Below, in pieces: positions 10,096-20,026 of a stretch of 55,764 nt of DNA. The DNA is from Candidatus Moranbacteria bacterium RIFOXYA12_FULL_35_19 (GTDB lineage Bacteria; Patescibacteriota; Minisyncoccia; Moranbacterales; UBA2206). The first letter of the stretch is position 1. Every line of letters starts with the position of its first letter. Under the pieces are notes generated by a model, which was given only the letters and a program-made list of their open reading frames with translations, was not told the DNA's origin and did no database searches. A program made the translations under genes and the position numbers. The DNA lies in the NCBI GenBank assembly GCA_001784805.1, contig MFSE01000013.1:1-55764 (forward strand), written 5' to 3'.

Positions 10096-10225
10096 ACCTT
10101 CAATATACTCTTTTGTCAAAATTAGTCAACACTTTGACATATTATCAATCTTAAGTTATATTTAACTGTTCCTTAATGTGGGAGTTAGAGATGTTCTTTA
10201 AAAATTTATTACCAAGGAGGGCGTT

Positions 10226-10567
10226 ATGATTATAATAAAAAAAGTAACCTATGCATTTTTTTATCTTGGATTTTTTTTTGTAGTATTTCATGGAGATCCA
10301 GCACCCAAATATTGGTATATGTTAATAAGTGCCACATTTGTGATTCAAATATTTCTTTTCGACTGTACCGGACAACCCATCCCCTTAGAAAATATGCGTC
10401 CATTTTGTATTTATGAGGTGATTGGAACTATTGCAAATATTATCATTGTTAAAAGTAAGCGTAGCTCTTCCGCAGTACTTAACGATACAACACACAATTT
10501 TCAAGAAGGTGAACGATTTAAGATTTCACTTTGGGGAAAATTTATTCTACTTAGTCCTGAAAAATAG
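10226..10567 (+). CDS. Orphan membrane protein, divergent from TrmB
   Basis: SD AAGGAGG, two TM segments, promoter TTGACA at 10134. Confidence 0.7.
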   Translation: MIIIKKVTYAFFYLGFFFVVFHGDPAPKYWYMLISATFVIQIFLFDCTGQPIPLENMRPFCIYEVIGTIANIIIVKSKRSSSAVLNDTTHNFQEGERFKISLWGKFILLSPEK

Positions 10568-10688
10568 GGCTTACATCCCAACTATCAAAAAACAGGATGC
10601 AAGAAAATTCTTGCCCCTGTTTTTATTTTTTACAATATTTTCATTAATATGTTATATTTTATATACTTTCTAATATATTAATTCTTTT

Positions 10689-11213
10689 ATGCCAAAAATC
10701 GCAATCACATCCGACATCCACAACAATGAAGTCAATCTCCAAAAGGTTTTGGATTTTTGCGCTGACAAAAAAATTGAGACGATTATTTGTTGCGGGGATT
10801 TAGCATCAAAAGAAACTTTGGATTTTATGAATGATAATTTTTCGGGAAATATTCTTTATACTTATGGCAATGCTGATTATGACGATCTACGCGACCTCGA
10901 AAATGAGAAAAAATATCGCAACACCTACATTTTCAAAAAATTCGGCGAAGCAATTATTGAGAAAAAAAATATTGCCTTTATACATTATCCGCAGGAAGCC
11001 AAAGGATTGGCGCAAACTGGAAAATATGATTTTGTTTTCTATGGCCACACCCACAAACCCTGGGTTGAAAAAATCAAAGCCGACGCCAATCAGAGAGAAT
11101 GTACTTTGCTAAACCCCGGTACAACCGCTGGCGAAATATATCCCCCAACTTTTGCTGTTTGGGAAACAGATATGGATAAATTTGAACTAATCAGAATACA
11201 TAATTTAAAATAA
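10689..11213 (+). CDS. YfcE-like metallophosphoesterase
   Basis: SDIH, CGD, GNAD, GHTH and NPG motifs. Confidence 0.88.
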   Translation: MPKIAITSDIHNNEVNLQKVLDFCADKKIETIICCGDLASKETLDFMNDNFSGNILYTYGNADYDDLRDLENEKKYRNTYIFKKFGEAIIEKKNIAFIHYPQEAKGLAQTGKYDFVFYGHTHKPWVEKIKADANQRECTLLNPGTTAGEIYPPTFAVWETDMDKFELIRIHNLK

Positions 11214-11338
11214 GTCAAAAGGAAAATAGATAATAGCTCAAGAAAAAAGATAATAGAAAGAAGATTTAGTTATTCTAATTTCTATTTTCCAATTTCCTAA
11301 ACTATTTTCCAATTTCTAATTAACAATTTTCTACAATT

Positions 11339-11923
11339 ATGTCCAAACAAACCCTTCTTGAAAAATTAAATAAAAAAATGCTCGCTTGCCAAAAGTGTAC
11401 TTTACGCGTAACTTGTCATCAAGTCGTCCCAGGCGAAGGATCGGCTAACGCTAAAATTATGTTTATCGGCGAAGGCCCAGGGAAAAAAGAAGATGAACTC
11501 GGTCGTCCTTTTGTCGGTTCGGCCGGAAAATTTCTGGACGAAATGCTAGAAATAATAAATCTCAAACGCGAAGACATATACATCGCCAATGTGGTCAAAT
11601 GTCGCCCGCCCGAAAATCGTGATCCACTTCCACAAGAAGCAATCGCTTGCTGGCCCTGGCTACTCGAACAAATAAAAATAATTCAACCAAAATTGATCGT
11701 CACACTTGGTCGCCATTCCATGGAAAGATTCCTTCCTAACCAGAAGATTTCCCAAATGCACGGAACACTTGTGATAAAAACCGTTCCAGAAATTGGGCGT
11801 CAGAATTTCTATACACTCTACCACCCTGCCGCCGCGCTCTACAATGGCTCCATGCGCGAAACTTTGATTGCCGACTTCAAAAAAATTCCAAAGGTTTTGG
11901 AAAAAATTGAAAATATAAAATAG
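11339..11923 (+). CDS. Uracil-DNA glycosylase family 4
   Basis: CxxC Fe-S motif, IGEGPG, GRPFVG, KCRPPENR, YHPAA. Confidence 0.93.
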   Translation: MSKQTLLEKLNKKMLACQKCTLRVTCHQVVPGEGSANAKIMFIGEGPGKKEDELGRPFVGSAGKFLDEMLEIINLKREDIYIANVVKCRPPENRDPLPQEAIACWPWLLEQIKIIQPKLIVTLGRHSMERFLPNQKISQMHGTLVIKTVPEIGRQNFYTLYHPAAALYNGSMRETLIADFKKIPKVLEKIENIK

Positions 11924-11973
11924 AAAAAGCGCCTAGTCGAAACTAAACGCTTTTCGAAAATATAGTCCGTTGA

Positions 11974-12567
11974 CTATTTTTTTTCTTTTAAATTCATTTT
12001 TATAAAGTCCAATATTTTAATAAAATCTGAAAGCATATCTTTTCGCAACGCTGGCAATCTCATTAAGAATTGCTGGAGATTTACTCCTTCCTCCAACAAT
12101 CTATTAAGAAAAATAATTGCTCTCTCCTCAGATCTTTTCACCATGCAATCAAAAAAATACCAAGGAGCCTTTTCTTTTACATACTCTTCGCTTTCCAGCT
12201 CGTCGGCAGTAAAAAATTCCGAATTGTTAACGATAAACCGGAGAATTTCTGCCCGTCTCTTAATTGATTCAGGATTATTCTGTAAAAAATTAACTTCCAG
12301 CTTGCTTTTGAGAACAACAAACAATTCGTCAGTTTTTATTTTTGTTGAATACAAAAAAAAGAAGAAACTTTGAATTTGTCCAAGATTGAGTTCTTCGATA
12401 TTTTCAGCAATCTCAATCATCCAGCATTTTATTTCATCGATCTCTGCCCCTTCCGAAAGTTCTTTTCTAATTTTATAGGCAAATAAAATTGCTGGTGTTT
12501 GCCCCTCCCTATCTTCTGATTGATCTTCGGTTAATACCCTATAAAGTTCGTTATTTTCATTAATCAT
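11974..12567 (-). CDS. Orphan hypothetical protein
   Basis: 197-aa ORF with SD TAAGGAGG. Confidence 0.7.
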   Translation of the reverse strand: MINENNELYRVLTEDQSEDREGQTPAILFAYKIRKELSEGAEIDEIKCWMIEIAENIEELNLGQIQSFFFFLYSTKIKTDELFVVLKSKLEVNFLQNNPESIKRRAEILRFIVNNSEFFTADELESEEYVKEKAPWYFFDCMVKRSEERAIIFLNRLLEEGVNLQQFLMRLPALRKDMLSDFIKILDFIKMNLKEKK

Positions 12568-12699
12568 GCTGTCCTCCTTATATTTTCCTGTATTATTAAG
12601 TTTTTAAATTGCAATCCTTAGAATTCTCCTTAAAAATAGCCTACACCTAGAAAAATAAATTAGCAAGTAATCAAAATCGCCTCATCGGCGATTTTGTTA

Positions 12700-13116
12700 C
12701 TATATAGTCTTCAAAAATTCCTCAACATTTTCATATCTCTCTTTAAATATTAAATACAAACTTTCTGGTTTTTCTAGTTTGCCAATTAAAATTAACGGCT
12801 TTCCTAATCCATAAGCAATTCCTGCTTCAATATGCACTGAATTTCCAGCGGGTAAAAGTACGATAACCCTATCAGCATTTTTTAGTCCTTCCAAATCAGT
12901 TTCAAAAACTTCTCTAAAATATTCGTCTTCCAAAAAATTTTCCACTTTCTCAAAGGCTTTCATTTGTTCTTCTGGATGCGCTTCAGGGTTTTTGGGATCA
13001 GCTGGTTTTTCGCAAAAATTATAGCAAGTCTTACCTCTTTTTTCTAATTCTTCCACTAAATATTCTACCGCGTCTTTATTCCTAAATTTTGATAGGATAG
13101 TATAATCTGTTTTCAT
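12700..13116 (-). CDS. Nucleoside 2-deoxyribosyltransferase-like protein
   Basis: DLEGLKNADRVIVLLPAGNSVHIEAGIAYGLGKP; start moved to ATG 13116, downstream of the tRNA. Confidence 0.75.
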   Translation of the reverse strand: MKTDYTILSKFRNKDAVEYLVEELEKRGKTCYNFCEKPADPKNPEAHPEEQMKAFEKVENFLEDEYFREVFETDLEGLKNADRVIVLLPAGNSVHIEAGIAYGLGKPLILIGKLEKPESLYLIFKERYENVEEFLKTI

Positions 13117-13130
13117 ATATTTAATCACTG

Positions 13131-13214
13131 TGGGCAAGGAGGGACTCGAACCCTCAATCCGCGAACGGAGCGACATTTTAAGTGTCGTGCGTATACCAAT
13201 TCCGCCACTCGCCC
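13131..13214 (-). tRNA. tRNA-Leu(TAA)
   Basis: Anticodon arm CGACA-CTTAAAA-TGTCG, long variable arm. Confidence 0.95.
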
Positions 13215-13219
13215 AAAAA

Positions 13220-13702
13220 TTATTTTCTTTTTATATTCCTGCCTCTATGTGTTGGTTTCAAGCTATGACAATTGGGACAAAGTACCCGTAAATTTTTTAT
13301 TCTATTATCCTTGCTATCCCCATTGATATGATCAAGCTCCAATGGCAATCTGCCATCTTTTGAAACTTTATGCCAACCACATTCTTCGCAAAATTTAGAT
13401 TTTAGTTTTGCTTCAAATAATCTTTTCTTTAATTTATAACTTTGAAAATAACTATTCTTAACTAAAATATCTTTTAACTCTATCCTAGGCTTTCCAACTA
13501 TATGCAACCCCTTGCTCCAACCCATACCTCTGAAATGTGCCGTATTTATTTTATAAAATTCAATATATTTTTTTGTTTGCGAATAATTTCCACCCGCCTC
13601 TCTCAATCCCAATTTAGATAATACCTGCCTTATACTTGTACTATTTTTAGCAGCTTCCCTTAGTTGATTCTCCGTCCATGTTCTTTTTTTGTTTGTTTTC
13701 AT
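13220..13702 (-). CDS. HNH endonuclease in tRNA cluster
   Basis: CEECG, LELDHINGDSKDNRIKNLRVLCPNCH. Confidence 0.9.
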   Translation of the reverse strand: MKTNKKRTWTENQLREAAKNSTSIRQVLSKLGLREAGGNYSQTKKYIEFYKINTAHFRGMGWSKGLHIVGKPRIELKDILVKNSYFQSYKLKKRLFEAKLKSKFCEECGWHKVSKDGRLPLELDHINGDSKDNRIKNLRVLCPNCHSLKPTHRGRNIKRK

Positions 13703-13770
13703 ATTTATGGTAGGCTCGTTTTATATATCATACTTCAAGTATACCATAAATAATACAAACAACAATTCTT

Positions 13771-13865
13771 TGAGGTCGCGTCCGGAATTTTTATCTGGCA
13801 TAGTCAGAGAACCGGAGTAAAGGGTTTTGTCTCGCTACGCGAGATCTGGCATAGCCAGACAGACC
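13771..13865 (-). pseudogene. 3' part of a disrupted tRNA-Cys with palindromic insertions
   Basis: Anticodon arm, T-arm and acceptor end CGCGACCTCA match tRNA-Cys once inserts 13791-13808 and 13830-13859 are removed. Confidence 0.75.
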
Positions 13866-13882
13866 TACCTTCTTTCCCCTTG

Positions 13883-13953
13883 AGGTCCGAGGCGGAATTG
13901 AACCGCCGTACAGGGTTTTGCAGACCCTTGCCTAACCGCTCGGCCATCGGACC
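13883..13953 (-). tRNA. tRNA-Cys(GCA)
   Basis: AGGGT-CTGCAAA-ACCCT anticodon arm, U discriminator. Confidence 0.95.
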
Positions 13954-13958
13954 AAATA

Positions 13959-14213
13959 TTATTTTTCTAAAGAATATTTTAATCTTTCTTTCAATAAATC
14001 TCTTTGTTGATGAGTTTTTAAAAAATATTCTCTTTCTGTAGCATCTTTCTTGTCTTTATAGGCCTCGTAATAAACTAGAATAAAAGGCACTCGAGATTTA
14101 GTTGATTTTACCGTCCCCTTATTATGATCTTCAAATCTTTTCCTTAAATCCGTCGAGTATCCTATATAAATATTTTTGTCTTTTTTACTCTGCAAAACAT
14201 AAACATAATACAT
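13959..14213 (-). CDS. GIY-YIG nuclease
   Basis: YYVYVL, IYIGYSTDLRKRFEDHNKG, YYEAY, ATEREYFLK. Confidence 0.92.
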   Translation of the reverse strand: MYYVYVLQSKKDKNIYIGYSTDLRKRFEDHNKGTVKSTKSRVPFILVYYEAYKDKKDATEREYFLKTHQQRDLLKERLKYSLEK

Positions 14214-14239
14214 AAGATAAACATTAAATTATATGAGGA

Positions 14240-14284
14240 TTCGGTCTGGCTACGCCAGATCTGGCGTAGCCAGACCACACGACC
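14240..14284 (-). pseudogene. 5' fragment of the disrupted tRNA-Cys with a 30-bp perfect palindrome
   Basis: GGTCGTG pairs with CGCGACC of the 3' part; TCTGGCTACGCCAGATCTGGCGTAGCCAGA at 14245-14274; TTGACT-17-TACTAT promoter just upstream. Confidence 0.65.
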
Positions 14285-14444
14285 ATTACTATATTATATA
14301 GTATCAAAGGCTATATTTACAGTCAACTCAATTGACTCCTCTAAAAACAAATTTTGTATTTTAATTCGGCCCCTAAGGAAAATCATAACAAAAACCCTTC
14401 TCTTACGAAAAGGGTTTTTGTCTTCTATTAAAAATCTTTATTTT

Positions 14445-14993
14445 TTAGAGGATTACTTCCGCTTCAAGATTTCGTCTGCCGAAAGCGAAAGCTTCTTTTT
14501 TGGTTTTCATATAGATGTCAACGTGATTTCCTTTGATGGCGCCTCCGCGGTCCTGGCAAACATAAGTTCCCATTCCAGAAATTTTAATTTTAGTTCCCAT
14601 TGGAAATTGAGGCGGACAAGCAATGGTTTCGTTTTCCTTGACCATAAGTCCGGAAGCAGTGATCCCATCTGACTTTCCACATTCATCAGCTGCAGCCGTA
14701 TAAGCCGAAGCATTGATAGTGAATTTTCCTTTAGGATACACAGCTAATTTTCTTTTCTCGGCATATCTTTCCAAGGCTTTTTCTCTTTCAGGAGAAATTT
14801 TATTTTCTTTTTCAATAAATCCTTCGAATGCTTCGTCCTTTTCGGCATAAGCCAGAAGGGTATTTTTATTTGAAAAAATATCTAAATTTGTTTTTGTTTC
14901 ATTAGATTCTACCGCTTCCACTGCCATTGCCGTATTTGAAAAAAATATGGTCAAGGCAATCAAAAGCGCAAAAGATACACTAATGATACGCAT
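14445..14993 (-). CDS. 3D domain-containing secreted protein
   Basis: Signal peptide; ASAYT, GITASG and DRGGAIKGNHVDIY motifs. Confidence 0.88.
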   Translation of the reverse strand: MRIISVSFALLIALTIFFSNTAMAVEAVESNETKTNLDIFSNKNTLLAYAEKDEAFEGFIEKENKISPEREKALERYAEKRKLAVYPKGKFTINASAYTAAADECGKSDGITASGLMVKENETIACPPQFPMGTKIKISGMGTYVCQDRGGAIKGNHVDIYMKTKKEAFAFGRRNLEAEVIL

Positions 14994-15210
14994 AATAATA
15001 TGTTAATTTACTCTAGGCTAACTAAAAAAGCTTTCAAACGCTTATTTTAATTAACTTGAGAGTATAGCAGATTTTTTCCATCTCGTCAATAGTCAAAAGA
15101 GATTATTTGGCTTATTTAAGCCATTTATATTTTCAGCTAAACTTTTTTAGGCTTATATAAAACAAAATAAGCCTTTTGGGCTTATTTTTGCTTTTTGGCT
15201 TATTTAAAGT

Positions 15211-16479
15211 CTATTTATTTCCAGACAACAAAGAATTTATAATCCCCTCGTCTTGGCAAGTATATTTATTACTAGCACTATAAGATCTTCTTTTGGAGCC
15301 ATAACAGCCTCCGTTGTCCTTATTTAAGGTTGCCATCATCGGCATCAAAAATCCCATATCCTTAGAAACAAAATAATTATACAAATATTTGAGCGTTTCG
15401 GTTCTTTTGGTTTTATTCATTCGAGCATATACACTCATATCGTCAAAAAGCAGTCCACTCCAATCTAAATGAAGTAGTACATTATTGGCTTTAGAAGCAT
15501 ACTTTTCATGCCAAAGAAGCGCCCAGCAACTTTGCAAATGACTCCAACACGGGCCATTTTCAATTACCCCATCTTCACCAATTCCCACTCCGCCTTCAAT
15601 ATAATCAAACATTTTAAGATATTTTTCGTCTGTAATATTGCCGGTTTGTGCCCCAATCACAATTTCAATCCCTTTTTCCTTGGCATAACTACGCATTTCA
15701 TCCAACACCTTTTTCATTTTGGATTTATCTAAATCAGAGGAATCTTGAAAATAAACCTGCCCAAAAAGAAAACTTTGAATACCAATATCCATCGCTTCAT
15801 GCGTAATGTGCTTTAGATATTCGCGATATTCTTTCTCTCCGACATTGGGCTTACAAGTATGTTCCCCCCAAACATTTTCCGAATTATCTCGACACATCTC
15901 GGAAAAATCAAATTCTTTTCCGCCTTCTTCAAAAGATTTTTCTCCTCTCTTGATTGCCTCCGCGATAAACATACCATAAATTATTCCGGGTTTTTTTATT
16001 TTTGCCATAATTTCTGTGGCTTTTTGAAAATCCGGCGTATCCAGCCAAGTTTCCAGCGCCCGATGAAGATATTGACAATTGGATCGATTGATCATTGCCA
16101 CCGCTTCTTTGGTATCCCCACCATACTCGGAAAGAATTCCGTCCGCCACACAACCTTGTTTTTTTATTTTCTCCATTGAAATTGGTCCGGGTTTATAAAC
16201 ATATTCGTATTTGGGCTTGGGCGGTTCTTCCTTTGGAATGCTTTTGATAATTCTTTTTGGAATATCCACTAAAACAGGCTCGATCCTAGAAAGCTGATCA
16301 GATTTTTTTAAAATTAAACCAACTAAAAATACTGCCGGAATAAGAAAAATAATCACGCCAAAAAACAACCCCACTTTTTTAGTTTTCAAAAAAATCCAAA
16401 CTCGCCCCCAAAAAGGTTGGTAATATTCTATTTTTTTAATTTTATTTTCCGGAATAAACATACCTCTTATATTATACAT
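15211..16479 (-). CDS. Membrane-anchored hypothetical protein
   Basis: 422-aa ORF, N-terminal TM, Cys-containing extracellular domain; start may be 16461. Confidence 0.75.
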   Translation of the reverse strand: MYNIRGMFIPENKIKKIEYYQPFWGRVWIFLKTKKVGLFFGVIIFLIPAVFLVGLILKKSDQLSRIEPVLVDIPKRIIKSIPKEEPPKPKYEYVYKPGPISMEKIKKQGCVADGILSEYGGDTKEAVAMINRSNCQYLHRALETWLDTPDFQKATEIMAKIKKPGIIYGMFIAEAIKRGEKSFEEGGKEFDFSEMCRDNSENVWGEHTCKPNVGEKEYREYLKHITHEAMDIGIQSFLFGQVYFQDSSDLDKSKMKKVLDEMRSYAKEKGIEIVIGAQTGNITDEKYLKMFDYIEGGVGIGEDGVIENGPCWSHLQSCWALLWHEKYASKANNVLLHLDWSGLLFDDMSVYARMNKTKRTETLKYLYNYFVSKDMGFLMPMMATLNKDNGGCYGSKRRSYSASNKYTCQDEGIINSLLSGNK

Positions 16480-16500
16480 CCAAATTGAAATTGTGGCATT

Positions 16501-16591
16501 TAGGACTTACGCGTTTGCTGTTTTAGACACTGGATGTCTCGCGACCGTAACAGCCGAAAGACATCCAGTGTCTACAAACGCGCAAGTCCTA
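16501..16591. mobile_element. MITE-like element
   Basis: TAGGACTTACGCGTTTG / CAAACGCGCAAGTCCTA termini with nested TAGACACTGGATGTCT inverted repeat. Confidence 0.7.
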
Positions 16592-16668
16592 GTATTGCCG
16601 AAAAATAACCCTTGTGCTAAGATTAACTTTGTTGCTTAAGTAATTAATAATTTTAAAAATAAAAACCA

Positions 16669-17022
16669 ATGCGAGACATTCAAGAAATTTGGAGTGAAAT
16701 TGAAAAACTAAAAATTGAACAAAAGGAAATTAGGAAAGATTACAAAGAAACGCTAGAAGGCACAGATAATTATGAAAAAACAGTCGAGGAAGCTAAAATT
16801 CTTCGCGAAAAGAAAAAACAAATCGAATCAATTGTTCAAGAAAGAATGGGCCTGCGATACAATCGCTTTGAAGAGATAAAGAATAAAATTTCCGAACTGC
16901 AAGAAATGCTCACTGATGTAGCCATGACCAATCTTATGGACGGCAAAACGATTTCAATAAAAGATCAGAATCAAAATGAATATGAACCAATTTATAGAAT
17001 AACTTTCAAAAAACGAACCTAG
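16669..17022 (+). CDS. Hypothetical coiled-coil protein
   Basis: 117-aa ORF followed by a bidirectional terminator at about 17035-17070. Confidence 0.75.
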   Translation: MRDIQEIWSEIEKLKIEQKEIRKDYKETLEGTDNYEKTVEEAKILREKKKQIESIVQERMGLRYNRFEEIKNKISELQEMLTDVAMTNLMDGKTISIKDQNQNEYEPIYRITFKKRT

Positions 17023-17092
17023 TTGTTCTCTTTAAAAAAACCGCTAGCTATCCAGTAGTCTAGCGGTTTTGTATTTTCGAAATTTATTTTTA

Positions 17093-18064
17093 TTATTTTT
17101 TATCGGATAACTTTTGAAAAATTCTTTTTCCAATCAGATAAAAAATCCAAATTATTAGCAAGAATACCGCTAGCGACGGAAGAGTAACAATCACAAAGCG
17201 AATCAGTCCATCAACAAGATCCTGCAAACTTTCGATCAATTCACTGAAAGATTTTTTGATCACTTGAATTGGACGCCAATCATTGCTCACAGGCGCAATC
17301 TCGATATCCTCGCTTACATCAATGGTAATGGTGGACATATTTGTTTGCGAATTCATAAGGCGGATTCGCCCTTCCAGTCTTTCAATTTCTCCCCGCACCC
17401 TAGCAATTTGTTGCGTGACTTTCAAAACATCTTCAATTTCGCCGGCTCTTTCCAAAATTTTCACAAAACTTTCTTCTTCCGCTTTCTTATTTTTCACTTG
17501 AATTTGGAGATCAGAATATTGTTCCGTCACATCCTGCCCGCTAGTTGATTCTGAAATAACTTGGGTAGCGGTTTCTTTTATTTTTACAATAGTATCTTCA
17601 AATTTTTCAACCGGCACCTTGACCGTGAGGCTTCCGCTTTTTTGTCCTTTCACTCTTTCAAAAAAATCCGTAGAAAAAACTTCCCCTCCTTGTTTTTTCA
17701 CAATTTCAGAAATCTTTTGCACCGCCGTTTCTGTTTTTTCCACTTTCAAACTAAGATTTCCATTTTTAATTATTTTTTTATCCGTCGGAATTGGACTTTC
17801 CACAGCACTCTCGGAAAAATTTTCTTCCATCATCATTTGGGGCGAATCAGGAGTGAAATCATCCGCCATTGGGTTTGCCAAACCCATCGAACCGTCAAAA
17901 CCTTTACTAGAAATACCCGCTGTATTGAAATTTGACGAAGATTTTCTCAAAACATTATTCGTTTTTCCCGTAAACAAATTAAACACTCCCCACAAAAAAA
18001 CCACTGCAATAATTATCCCAATAATTGTTAAAACTTTTTTCGCTTTTTCATTTAATGTAATCAT
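17093..18064 (-). CDS. DUF4349 domain protein
   Basis: KIIKNGNLSLKV, QDVTEQYSDL, C-terminal TM helix. Confidence 0.85.
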   Translation of the reverse strand: MITLNEKAKKVLTIIGIIIAVVFLWGVFNLFTGKTNNVLRKSSSNFNTAGISSKGFDGSMGLANPMADDFTPDSPQMMMEENFSESAVESPIPTDKKIIKNGNLSLKVEKTETAVQKISEIVKKQGGEVFSTDFFERVKGQKSGSLTVKVPVEKFEDTIVKIKETATQVISESTSGQDVTEQYSDLQIQVKNKKAEEESFVKILERAGEIEDVLKVTQQIARVRGEIERLEGRIRLMNSQTNMSTITIDVSEDIEIAPVSNDWRPIQVIKKSFSELIESLQDLVDGLIRFVIVTLPSLAVFLLIIWIFYLIGKRIFQKLSDKK

Positions 18065-18153
18065 TTTATTTTTTTAATTTTTACAACTCCATAATAGCAT
18101 CTTTTTATGGAAAATAAAATCCCCACAACCATTACAGGGATTTTTTATATTCT

Positions 18154-18227
<74 letters not shown>

Positions 18228-18234
18228 TAATTAG

Positions 18235-18323
18235 TTTGTAAAGTTGAAAGTTATAAAGTTTGTAAAGTAAATTTCCGCATTATAAGCTTTATGAACTTTA
18301 TAACTTTATAAACTTTCAACTCA
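18235..18323. repeat. Inverted array of TAAAGTT/AACTTTA units
   Basis: Same family as 42851-42938. Confidence 0.7.
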
Positions 18324-18326
18324 TTG

Positions 18327-18401
<75 letters not shown>

Positions 18402-18409
18402 TAAAAATT

Positions 18410-19069
18410 CTAATATGAACTAAAAACTCCTTTTGCCCAACCAGATATTTTCAAAAATAATTCCGTATCACAAATATAAATATCGAACACTCCAAATGGC
18501 AATGTGTCTTTTTTATTCTTGCTAGATATATTTGTTTTTCTGTAAGTTTTAAAGAATTTTTTCAGTGGTATGTCCGCTATAGACGACCAATACTTTTCAG
18601 CTTTTTTATGATCCAGATGTGGATGAATATGAATATATCCTCTAAATTTTTCTTCTGACACATTGCAAACTCTTCGGAAAAAAGCCATCATTATTTTTAT
18701 CATTTCAGGATCACCATTGGAAAATCTTACCAATCCGCGTTGCGTTTTTCCACCCTCCGCCCAATACAGCATTATCCCCATTAGCCACAATTCTTTTTGT
18801 GATATTTTTCCAATCTGTTTTTCTGCTTTATCTAAAATAATTTGTCGCTTACCTTTTTCATTTTTCAATCTAGTCTGTCTTCTTTTTTCAACAACTTTTA
18901 TACTAGATACTTTTTTTGATAAAGCCTCAATTTGATCTAAATTTAATTCAATATTACGAACCCATATACTAACACTGCTCTTAGCAACACCGATCTTTTT
19001 GGCAATTTCCTTTATCGACAATCCCTTCTTTCGCAATCTTATCGAATCTTCCTTTTCTTTTTTTAACAT
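18410..19069 (-). CDS. HTH plus LAGLIDADG-like domain protein between tRNAs
   Basis: GLSIKEIAKKIGVAKSSVSIW HTH; GIMLYWAEGGK and FSNGDPEMI motifs. Confidence 0.7.
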   Translation of the reverse strand: MLKKEKEDSIRLRKKGLSIKEIAKKIGVAKSSVSIWVRNIELNLDQIEALSKKVSSIKVVEKRRQTRLKNEKGKRQIILDKAEKQIGKISQKELWLMGIMLYWAEGGKTQRGLVRFSNGDPEMIKIMMAFFRRVCNVSEEKFRGYIHIHPHLDHKKAEKYWSSIADIPLKKFFKTYRKTNISSKNKKDTLPFGVFDIYICDTELFLKISGWAKGVFSSY

Positions 19070-19128
19070 AATCGAACTATTAAACTATTTACATAGTAAT
19101 TATAAATCACTAGTTCGATTTTAACAAG

Positions 19129-19201
19129 TGGATCCTGCAGGGCTCGAACCTGCGACATCTTCGATGTAAGCGAAGCGCTCTACCAACTGAGCTAAGGATC
19201 C
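19129..19201 (-). tRNA. tRNA-Val(TAC)
   Basis: CTTCG-CTTACAT-CGAAG anticodon arm. Confidence 0.95.
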
Positions 19202-19209
19202 AAAATTCG

Positions 19210-19294
19210 TGCGAACGAGAGGACTCGAACCTCCAAGAAGTTGCCTTCATTAGCACCTCAAGCTAACGCGTATACCAAATTCCGCCACGTTCGC
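19210..19294 (-). tRNA. tRNA-Leu(GAG)
   Basis: TTAGC-TTGAGGT-GCTAA anticodon arm, long variable arm. Confidence 0.95.
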
Positions 19295-19376
19295 TTTTTC
19301 TTTATCTATTAATTCCTCGCCTTAATTTGACGAAATATTTCATCGAGTTGAAGCGGGCACTATACAAGCACAGAAA

Positions 19377-19823
19377 TTATTTCTTTTCTTCTTTCTTAAT
19401 TTCTTCTTTATCTTCTGTGTCATTCTGTTTTACTTCAGTGTTCTTCTGTGTATCTTCCTCTTTGATAAATTCCTTAATTTCCTTATATTTCATCCGGCTC
19501 TGTTTAGTGGTCAGCTCTCGAATATAATATAATTTTGCTCGGCGAACTTTCGCTTGCTTGATTAGTTTTATCTTTTCAACATTTTTAGAAAGAATTGGAA
19601 TAATCATTTCCACGCCAACTTCATGGGAAACTTTTCGCACTGTAAGCGTCGGAGAAGAACTTTGTTTTCCCTTCACAGCCAACACCAGACCCTTAAATAT
19701 CTGGACTCTTTCTTTTCCACCTTCTTTGATTTTGAGATAAACTTCCACCACATCTCCCGCCTTAAAATCAATCTTTTTGTTGCTTCTTAGATTTTTGTTG
19801 AATTCGATTGTTTTCTTATCCAT
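19377..19823 (-). CDS. rplS: 50S ribosomal protein L19
   Basis: FKAGDVVEV, KERVQIFKG, VRRAKLYYIR; charged C-terminal tail. Confidence 0.96.
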   Translation of the reverse strand: MDKKTIEFNKNLRSNKKIDFKAGDVVEVYLKIKEGGKERVQIFKGLVLAVKGKQSSSPTLTVRKVSHEVGVEMIIPILSKNVEKIKLIKQAKVRRAKLYYIRELTTKQSRMKYKEIKEFIKEEDTQKNTEVKQNDTEDKEEIKKEEKK

Positions 19824-20026
19824 ATCTTTAAATATGTATTATTCGCATGAGCAATTCGCATGAGCCGATTCGTAGCCGGCTATTCGCATACTGCCATTCG
19901 CATACTTATTATAACAAATTATATCTTAAATAAAAAATTATCCCAATAAATTGAGAATTTAGGCTAATTTTAAAACTATTTTAGCTTTTTTATCTTAGCT
20001 TTTTATTGATGTTTAGTCAAGCCTCG

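Noticed and set aside
13117..13176. N-terminal extension of ORF 12700-13176
   Set aside because: It overlaps tRNA-Leu(TAA); ATG 13116 is preferred.
13866..14240. Self-splicing group I intron in tRNA-Cys
   Set aside because: No recognisable intron core; the insert holds an intact tRNA and the exons are further broken by palindromes.
14985..15008. dif-like site (CGCATAA...TATGTTAA)
   Set aside because: The central spacer is too short for a 28-bp dif, and the match overlaps a start codon.
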